Below, piece by piece: positions 56,274 to 64,000 of a stretch of DNA of 64,000 bases. This DNA comes from Sphingomonadaceae bacterium. Lineage in GTDB: Bacteria; Pseudomonadota; Alphaproteobacteria; Sphingomonadales; Sphingomonadaceae. Numbering within the stretch: the first letter of the stretch is position 1; each line of letters starts with the position of its first letter. The notes beneath the pieces are model-generated. The model worked only from the letters and a program-made list of their open reading frames with translations, was not told the origin of the DNA and ran no database searches. The position numbers were made by a program, and so were the translations under genes. The stretch spans positions 652,238-716,237 of the forward strand of contig JBDONL010000003.1 in NCBI GenBank assembly GCA_039831335.1, given 5' to 3'.

Positions 56274-57335
56274 TCAGCTATCTCCTTTCAGCGCGCCGAT
56301 ACTGTCATGTTCGAGTGCGAGCGAGGCGGCACCTCGCGCCATCGACAGGAAGTTGGCGTCGCCACGCTCGGTCCTCTCGACAAAGGCGGCACTGAACACC
56401 GCCGTCGACAACCCATGCAGGGCACCAATCCGATAGTCGCGGCGAAACACATCGTCGGTGAACTGCACACCATAATTCGCCATCTCACCACGGTAGAGCG
56501 TGAGTAATTCGAATTCGTGACGGGAACGAAGCTTGTCCCCAATCCCGCAGCCGAGAAAATAGCCGATATCGACAAGCGGATTGCCGACCGCCACGGTTTG
56601 CCAGTCGAGTATCGCGATCGGCTCTGTACCTCCCTTGATGTCGAACAGCATGTTATCGAGGCGGAAGTCGCCGTGCACGATGCACAACTTCTCTGTCGGG
56701 CGATGGAACCACAAGGGCGCGACTTCTGCAAACCTCGCGCACACCGCCATCAGTTCGGGTTCGAGGCTCGTCGCGTAGCGATCGTAGAATATTGCCTGCG
56801 CTTGCGCGTAAAGCGGGATCAACTGGTCAGGCAATCCCTCCTTTGTGGCGATCCAGGGTCTGTCGAGTACCTCTGGGCGCTGCCAACTCGGTCCGTGAAT
56901 TCTTGCGGCCTGCACAATGGCTGCCCGCGCATCCTCCAACGAACAACCCGCAACCTGGTCTCCACCACGGGCAGGACCGAGATCCTCGAACACCAGCAGG
57001 CATTCGCTGCCATCCCCGCTGACATCGGCGAAGTGGACTTTCGGTGCCCGCACATCGAGCGTAACGATAATGTCGCGGTAAAAGCCCACCTCCTTCGTAT
57101 AGAGGCCGAACATTGTCGCAGTACCGCGACTGGTGGCGTCGGCGGCGGCGAATTTCGCCGCTACGCTCTTCGGTCCGACCTTCCCGGTCTTATCGACTTG
57201 CAGGTGAAACCTCACGCTATCGCCGACTTGTCCCGTCCCGATAGGTTCCCAATGCATCGTCTCGATTGTGCAACCGAGCCTATCGCCCAGCCAGGCTTCG
57301 CTTACCGCATCGGGGCTCGCTGGAAATGCGTCCAC
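56274..57335 (-). CDS. Phosphotransferase family protein (APH/choline-kinase-like fold)
   Basis: Catalytic loop IVHGDFRLDNMLF and ILDWQ metal-binding motif. GTG start preceded by GGGAGAG. Confidence 0.85.
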   Translation of the reverse strand: MDAFPASPDAVSEAWLGDRLGCTIETMHWEPIGTGQVGDSVRFHLQVDKTGKVGPKSVAAKFAAADATSRGTATMFGLYTKEVGFYRDIIVTLDVRAPKVHFADVSGDGSECLLVFEDLGPARGGDQVAGCSLEDARAAIVQAARIHGPSWQRPEVLDRPWIATKEGLPDQLIPLYAQAQAIFYDRYATSLEPELMAVCARFAEVAPLWFHRPTEKLCIVHGDFRLDNMLFDIKGGTEPIAILDWQTVAVGNPLVDIGYFLGCGIGDKLRSRHEFELLTLYRGEMANYGVQFTDDVFRRDYRIGALHGLSTAVFSAAFVERTERGDANFLSMARGAASLALEHDSIGALKGDS

Positions 57336-57407
57336 CCCACTCTCCCGTAATTATTATGGGACGAGGCTATCGCTGGGCATGGAAGGTGGCAATGCCGTTT
57401 TTGTGTG

Positions 57408-57442
57408 AGAGCGAGGGAGGCGCATATGTCCCGCCTCCCTCG
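57408..57442 (-). terminator. Strong hairpin downstream of the M13 peptidase gene (terminator-like, no U-tract)
   Basis: 13-bp perfect stem AGCGAGGGAGGCG / CGCCTCCCTCGCT with a 9-nt loop. On the minus strand it is followed by an A-rich rather than U-rich tract. Confidence 0.45.
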
Positions 57443-57450
57443 CTTGACGC

Positions 57451-59544
57451 TTAGTAAATTGTCACCCGCTTGTCAGGGGCGAGGTAAAGCTTGTCGCCCT
57501 TCTCCACGTTGAAGGCCTTGTACCACGCATCCATGTTGCGCACCGTCAGCGCGCGATACTGGCCCGGAGCGTGTTCGTTGGTGACCACCTGCTTGCGCAA
57601 TGCGGCATCGCGCGTTTTTGTCGCCCAGGTCTGTGCAAAGGCGAGGAAGAAGCGCTGGTCGCCGGTTAAGCCGTCGATCACCGGTGCGGGTTTTCCGTTC
57701 AGCGAAGCGTGATAGGCTTCATAAGCGGCGGTCAGGCCGGCCAGATCGGCAATGTCCTCACCCAGCGTCAGCTCTCCGTTGACATGCAGGCCGGGGAAGG
57801 GCTCGTACTGGTCGAACTGCTTGGCCAGTGCCTGACCGTTCTCCTTGAACTTCTTCTTGTCGGCATCGGTCCACCAATTGCGCATCGCGCCAGTGGAATC
57901 GAAGGCCGCACCGTTGTTGTCAAAGCTATGGCTGATCTCGTGCCCGATCACCGCGCCGATAGCGCCGTAATTATAGGCAGGGTCGGCCTTGGGATCGAAG
58001 AACGGCGGTTGCAGGATTGCGGCGGGGAAGTTCAGCGCATTCTGCACCGGCAGGTTCACCGCATTGACGAGTTGGGCGTTCATCCACCACTCGCTCTTGT
58101 CCTGCGGCTTGCCGATCTTCGCGAGCTGCTGCTTGTAGCGTAGCATTTCGGCGGCCTGCTTATTGGCATAGGCGCTATTTGGCGAGACCTGCAGCGCGGT
58201 ATAGTCCGTCCACTTGTCGGGATAGCCGACGCCTACCGTCATACCCGTGACCTTGGCTTTGGCTTCTTTCTTGGTCGCCGGGGCCATCCATTTGATCTGG
58301 TCGATATGGTTGGCGAACGCTGTCTTGATATTCGCCACCATCCCCTGGATCTCTGTCTTGGCCGAAGCAGGGAAATATTTGGCGACATAGAGCTTGCCGA
58401 GCGCATCGCCCATGTCCGTATTGAGCGCGGCAATCGCACGCTTTGCGCGCGGACGCTGTTGCTCGGTGCCGGTCAGTTCCTTGCCGTAGAAGGCAAAGTG
58501 CAGCCGGTCGAGTGTACCGGGCAGAACGTCGGTGTTCGCATCGATCTGGTGGAAGACCAGCCAGTCCTTCCACGCATCCAAAGGCTGCGAAGCAACCAGA
58601 GCAGCGAGCTTGGGAATGGCGGTCGGGTTATAGGCGTCGAACTTATCGACCTGCCCGAGCTGCGCTGCGTCGAAGAACGTCTTCCAGTCGAGCCCCGGTG
58701 CCTTCTTGGCGAAATCGGCCTGTGTCCAGAGCTGCGAAGCTTTCGTCCAGTCGTTGCTTTCCTCGCGGCTAGCATGCGCCTGTGCGATCTTCACTTCCAG
58801 ATCGTAGACCTTCTGCGCCTTGGCGGCAGCGTCGGGAATGTTCGCGGCCTTGAGCAAATTCTCGATATAGCTGCGATAGTCCTTCCGATAACTTGCCATC
58901 TTGGAGTCGGACGACAGGTAGTATTCCCGATCGGGCATCCCCAGCCCGCCCTGCAGGATATAGGGCACGACATCGCCGCCTTTGAGCGCCTGAGTCACGA
59001 ATACGCCGAAGAGATTTGGCGTCTGGAAGTTAACAGCGTTAAGGGGATCGACATCCGCCCGGATCTGGCTCCCCAGCACTTTGGCAAGCTGGGTCTTGTC
59101 GGTGATGGCATCGAATTTCGCGAGCGTCGGCTGAACCGGGTTCATTCCGGCGGTATCGATCGCCTTCGTGTTCATATAGGCATCGTAGAACGCCTTGACC
59201 TTCGCGGCGTCAGTGCCGGAAGCCGGAGTGGATTTCTCAATCTCGGCGATCAGACTCGCGAGTTCCTTGTCGGTCTTCTCGCTGGCGATCCAGAACGCAC
59301 CGATTCCCGACCGATCGGCAGGGATCTGGGTGTTCTTCATCCAGGTACCATCGGCGTAATTGTACCAGTCGTTGCCGGGCTTGACCGACGTCTCCATCCA
59401 ATCCTTACGAACGCCAAGTTCCGTGCCGGGCTTCGTTTGCGTTGCTTCGGTTGAAGCGGACTGGTCCTTGGGCTGGCTGCACGCAACAGGACCAAGCAGG
59501 ATGACGCTGCTCGCTAGCAGCGTAGCGGTGAGGCGGTTTTTCAT
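57451..59544 (-). CDS. M13 family metallopeptidase (PepO/endothelin-converting-enzyme-like) lipoprotein
   Basis: HEISHSFD zinc motif and a downstream GEDIADLAG (ExxxD). Lipobox LLGPVACS. 697 aa. Confidence 0.92.
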   Translation of the reverse strand: MKNRLTATLLASSVILLGPVACSQPKDQSASTEATQTKPGTELGVRKDWMETSVKPGNDWYNYADGTWMKNTQIPADRSGIGAFWIASEKTDKELASLIAEIEKSTPASGTDAAKVKAFYDAYMNTKAIDTAGMNPVQPTLAKFDAITDKTQLAKVLGSQIRADVDPLNAVNFQTPNLFGVFVTQALKGGDVVPYILQGGLGMPDREYYLSSDSKMASYRKDYRSYIENLLKAANIPDAAAKAQKVYDLEVKIAQAHASREESNDWTKASQLWTQADFAKKAPGLDWKTFFDAAQLGQVDKFDAYNPTAIPKLAALVASQPLDAWKDWLVFHQIDANTDVLPGTLDRLHFAFYGKELTGTEQQRPRAKRAIAALNTDMGDALGKLYVAKYFPASAKTEIQGMVANIKTAFANHIDQIKWMAPATKKEAKAKVTGMTVGVGYPDKWTDYTALQVSPNSAYANKQAAEMLRYKQQLAKIGKPQDKSEWWMNAQLVNAVNLPVQNALNFPAAILQPPFFDPKADPAYNYGAIGAVIGHEISHSFDNNGAAFDSTGAMRNWWTDADKKKFKENGQALAKQFDQYEPFPGLHVNGELTLGEDIADLAGLTAAYEAYHASLNGKPAPVIDGLTGDQRFFLAFAQTWATKTRDAALRKQVVTNEHAPGQYRALTVRNMDAWYKAFNVEKGDKLYLAPDKRVTIY

Positions 59545-59642
59545 TGTTATTCTCCCGAAGGGGCTCAGACGGATCGCACTAGCGCGTGTTCCTGCCGCTC
59601 AGATGAACGGAATCGGACCGCGCGAGTGGTACAAGGGATTAA

Positions 59643-61094
<1,452 letters not shown>

Positions 61095-61098
61095 TTAT

Positions 61099-61725
61099 AT
61101 GGCGGAACAGACAGACACCCCGAAGCCCAGGAAGCGCTCAACCACTACGCGCAAACCCGCAGCATCCAAAGCCAAGCCAAAGGCCAGCAAGGTAAAGGAA
61201 ACAACTGCCATGACAGAGACAACATCATCGCTCGCTCCGGCAACCGATCACAAGGCCGAGGCGAAATCGCGTTTCAATGCCGCGCTGGAAGAAGCAAAGG
61301 CCGGGGCTGCCGCGCTCAAGGCTGAAGCTGGCGATCGCGCGAATGCCTACCGGTCGCAAGCCCGCGGCAAGGGCAAGGATTTGTCGAAAGATGCCAAGGC
61401 CTATGCCGATGAAGCCAAGGTGCGCGGCAAGGAACTTGCGACACAAGGCAAGGGTAAGCTCAGCGAAGGCTTGACGGCGCTTGGTCAGACGGTGGCCGAG
61501 AATGCTCATGTCGTCGATGAACGACTTGGTGCGAAATACGGCGATTACGCTCGTAGCGCGTCACGCAGCCTTCAGGAAACGGCGACCAAACTCGATCAGA
61601 AGAGTGTCGAGGAACTGGGCGAAGACGCACGCGAAATGGTCCGCAAAAGCCCTGGAATGGCCGTGGGCATTGCCGCAGTGTTCGGCTTCATGCTTTCGCG
61701 CCTGTTCACCCGGTCACGTCGCTGA
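61099..61725 (+). CDS. Tail-anchored DUF883/ElaB-YqjD-like protein with a Lys/Pro-rich N-terminus
   Basis: C-terminal KSPGMAVGIAAVFGFMLSRLF membrane anchor, a helical Ala/Lys-rich middle and N-terminal PKPRKRSTTTRKPAASKAKPKASK. Confidence 0.7.
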   Translation: MAEQTDTPKPRKRSTTTRKPAASKAKPKASKVKETTAMTETTSSLAPATDHKAEAKSRFNAALEEAKAGAAALKAEAGDRANAYRSQARGKGKDLSKDAKAYADEAKVRGKELATQGKGKLSEGLTALGQTVAENAHVVDERLGAKYGDYARSASRSLQETATKLDQKSVEELGEDAREMVRKSPGMAVGIAAVFGFMLSRLFTRSRR

Positions 61726-61754
61726 CAGCGCAAGATCGGGGCAGGTTCGGGGGC

Positions 61755-62174
61755 GTGACGCGACCGCAGGACGTTAATAAGTCAGACGCTAGGCGGGTGC
61801 CGCAGGACCTGCCTGACGACTATGAAACGGACAACACGGCTGACGAACCATCGTTGGTTGAAGACGTGTCGGCACTTTTCGAAGACGGCAAGACGTATAT
61901 CGAAGCAGAGTTGGCGTTTCAGAAAAGCCGCGCCGGATTCATAAGCGACAGGCTCAAGCGTGCAGGTATTATCGGGCTGGTTGCTTTCGGCTTGCTCCAT
62001 CTTGCTGCGATCGCATTCACCATCGGCCTGGTGCTGTCATTGTCGACATTGGTTGGACCCTGGCTGGCAACGGTTATCGTAGTCGTCGCGTTTGGCGGAC
62101 TAGCTGGCTTTTTGCTGACAAGGCTGCGCGGATACTTCGCGGATATCGGCTCCGCCTTCGAGGATCCGCAATGA
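61755..62174 (+). CDS. Holin-X/YqjE-like (DUF1469) membrane protein
   Basis: Two TM helices (IIGLVAFGLLHLAAIAFTIGLVL, ATVIVVVAFGGLAGFLL). Positioned after a DUF883 gene, as in E. coli yqjD-yqjE. GTG start. Confidence 0.6.
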   Translation: MTRPQDVNKSDARRVPQDLPDDYETDNTADEPSLVEDVSALFEDGKTYIEAELAFQKSRAGFISDRLKRAGIIGLVAFGLLHLAAIAFTIGLVLSLSTLVGPWLATVIVVVAFGGLAGFLLTRLRGYFADIGSAFEDPQ

Positions 62175-62491
62175 CAGATTTGCGTCACCGGATGCAGGAA
62201 GACAGGCTGGTTCGCGATTCTGCGCGGGCACTCCTTCATGCGGATATTGATAACCTGCGCAGCGATCTTGCCCGCAAGAGCATCGGCGAAAGAGCTTTGG
62301 ACCGCGTCGCTGATGGAGCGATCGATGTTTATGATGAAGCGATAGAGGTCGCTGCCGACCACAAGGGTGCACTCGCCGCCATCGTCGCTGCTCTTGCCGT
62401 GTGGTTTGCCCGTCACCCCTTGCTGGCCATGTTCGCGGAAGAAGACGAAGATGAGGTCGGCGAGACAGACCCGGAACAAGATCACCCGTAA
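62171..62491 (+). CDS. Hypothetical small membrane protein
   Basis: ATGA overlap with the upstream gene. One TM (GALAAIVAALAVWFA) and an acidic tail. Confidence 0.5.
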   Translation: MTDLRHRMQEDRLVRDSARALLHADIDNLRSDLARKSIGERALDRVADGAIDVYDEAIEVAADHKGALAAIVAALAVWFARHPLLAMFAEEDEDEVGETDPEQDHP

Positions 62492-62531
62492 GTCCGTTCG
62501 ATTATCAAGAGCTCGAACGCGGAGACTATTC

Positions 62532-63050
62532 ATGAGCGAAGAAACCGGAACAAAAATCATCACGGACGAAGAAAGGCGCGAGGCGCTGCGCCAGAAGATC
62601 GCCGCGAGCGAAGAGCGCAACGCCCAACGTACTTTTGCCGATCAGGCCAAGGATGTTGCCGATAGCGCGCTCGATTATGTCCGCGAAAATCCGCTCAAAT
62701 CGGTTGCGGCAGTGACGCTAGGAGCATTGGTGATTGGAGCGATGACTCGACGCGGTCGCAAAGCTGCTACCAAGGCGGGCAAGCGGACGAGCAAGTTCGC
62801 TGCTCTCGCCAGCGATGCGGCAATTGCCTACGCGATGAGCCTGATCGATGCGGCAGGTGATGCTGCCGAAACCGGGCAGCGCAAATTGTCCGAATTCGGT
62901 GATACGGTTGAAGACAGGGCGCGCAAGTTACGGCGCTCAGCATCGGAAGAAACCCGAGAGATCAGCGGCCAGGTGCAGAAAATGGCGCGCAAGACAGGCC
63001 GCTCGACGCGCAAAAGGATCAAGGATCTGCGCTCCCGTCTCACCCATTAA
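62532..63050 (+). CDS. Hypothetical single-TM protein (second YqjD-like paralogue?)
   Basis: ATG 62532 preceded by GGAGAC. Central NPLKSVAAVTLGALVIGAMTRR, similar to the DUF883 anchor motif. Confidence 0.55.
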   Translation: MSEETGTKIITDEERREALRQKIAASEERNAQRTFADQAKDVADSALDYVRENPLKSVAAVTLGALVIGAMTRRGRKAATKAGKRTSKFAALASDAAIAYAMSLIDAAGDAAETGQRKLSEFGDTVEDRARKLRRSASEETREISGQVQKMARKTGRSTRKRIKDLRSRLTH

Positions 63051-63146
63051 TTTCATCAATTGGCATGTTTGGCGGTGCGGCGGGGTTTTCCTGTCGTACC
63101 GCTTTCCCTATGGGCCTTCTGATTCCTCCCCAATCAAGGCTCAATC

Positions 63147-63371
63147 ATGCCCGAACAAAAACAATTGCTCCATCTTGTGATGGGCGGCCGGGTCAAGGAC
63201 CCGCGCAGCCTCGAATTCGAAGACCTCAAGGCGATCGATGTCGTCGGAGTGTTTCCCAATTACTCGAGCGCGCTGGAAGCATGGCGCGGCGCGGCGCAGC
63301 GCACAGTGGATGACGCGGAAATGAAGTATGTGATCGTCCACCTTCACAAGCTGCTCGAGCCGGAAGAGTAG
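63147..63371 (+). CDS. DUF4170 domain-containing protein
   Basis: 74 aa. LLHLVMGGRVKDPRSLEFEDL...VVGVFPNYSSA is typical of the small alphaproteobacterial DUF4170 family. Confidence 0.7.
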   Translation: MPEQKQLLHLVMGGRVKDPRSLEFEDLKAIDVVGVFPNYSSALEAWRGAAQRTVDDAEMKYVIVHLHKLLEPEE

Positions 63372-63384
63372 GTGCGACACAAAC

Positions 63385-63411
63385 AGAGGCGGGCTGGTTC
63401 GGCCCGCCTCT
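63385..63411. terminator. Bidirectional terminator hairpin between DUF4170 and greA
   Basis: 10-bp perfect stem AGAGGCGGGC / GCCCGCCTCT with a 7-nt loop, lying between convergent genes. Confidence 0.7.
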
Positions 63412-63422
63412 AATTCGTTAGC

Positions 63423-63890
63423 TCAGATGAATTCGATCTTTTCGACGAGATAGAACTTGTCGCCTGATGGCACGGTCACCTCGACCTCATCTTCGACCTG
63501 CTTGCCGATCAAAGCACGACCCAGGGGCGAATTATAGCTGATCCGCCCCTTGTTCGCATCCGCCTCAGTCTGGCCGACAATCTGGTAACGCACAGGCTTG
63601 TCGTCCTCGTCGAGCAGCGTCACCGTTGCGCCGAAAACAATCCGGTCGCCCGAAAGCGTGGTGGGATCGATGATCTGCGCCCGGGTCACCTTGTCCTCGA
63701 TCTCGGCGATTTGTGCTTCAATCTGGCCCTGCCGCTCCTTGGCGGCATGATATTCCGCGTTTTCGGAAAGATCGCCATGCGCGCGCGCTTCCTCGATCGC
63801 ATCGACCACCTTGGGGCGTTCCGCACGCAGCAACTTCAAGTCAGCCGTAAGCTTTTCGTAGCCCTCGGCCAGCATGGGCACCTTGTCCAT
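63423..63890 (-). CDS. greA: Transcription elongation factor GreA
   Basis: 155 aa. [14 protein letters not shown] coiled-coil tip and C-terminal [14 protein letters not shown]. Confidence 0.95.
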   Translation of the reverse strand: MDKVPMLAEGYEKLTADLKLLRAERPKVVDAIEEARAHGDLSENAEYHAAKERQGQIEAQIAEIEDKVTRAQIIDPTTLSGDRIVFGATVTLLDEDDKPVRYQIVGQTEADANKGRISYNSPLGRALIGKQVEDEVEVTVPSGDKFYLVEKIEFI

Positions 63891-64000
63891 GGGCGTATAA
63901 ATCCTTTTCTGTCCCCTTGGCTCCCGGGCAAGTCCACCCCGGGCCGCTTCACGAGCAGCGCCGATCAGGCAGAATGTCGGGAGTGAGTGTTAATCTGTTT

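Overview
High-GC chromosomal segment, about 70% GC in hand-counted coding stretches. Gene content and order look alphaproteobacterial and Sphingomonadales-like; that taxonomic placement is inference only. The window is densely coding: about 60 CDS and one tRNA-Lys(CUU). I saw no rRNA, CRISPR array, transposase or integrase. Most genes are housekeeping: tyrS, cysK, hisI, ppdK, glyQS, rplY-pth, ychF, mutL, mreBCD-mrdA-rodA, a ribBX-ribH riboflavin operon, eno and greA. The best candidate for an undescribed system is a six-gene, translationally coupled operon at about 46.3-52.5 kb: DUF4129-like, DUF4350-like, MoxR AAA+ ATPase, DUF58, SpoIIM/DUF95-like and RDD. Five of the six are membrane proteins and none has a known function. 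Other notable points: (1) glyS carries an in-frame nested-palindromic repeat insertion, plus a separate ~370-bp tract at 48% GC inside an otherwise ~70% GC gene. (2) ribBX has an N-terminal HTH-like extension, a perfect 8-2-8 palindrome over its ribosome-binding region, no recognisable FMN riboswitch and a degenerate GTP cyclohydrolase II domain. (3) An aldo/keto reductase coupled to ribH is interrupted by a single in-frame TAA. (4) A second MoxR/CoxE-type VWA pair is split by two opposite-strand genes. (5) A 290-bp structured non-coding gap ends in a plus-strand terminator. All family assignments come from motif recognition by eye. No database search or computation was run.
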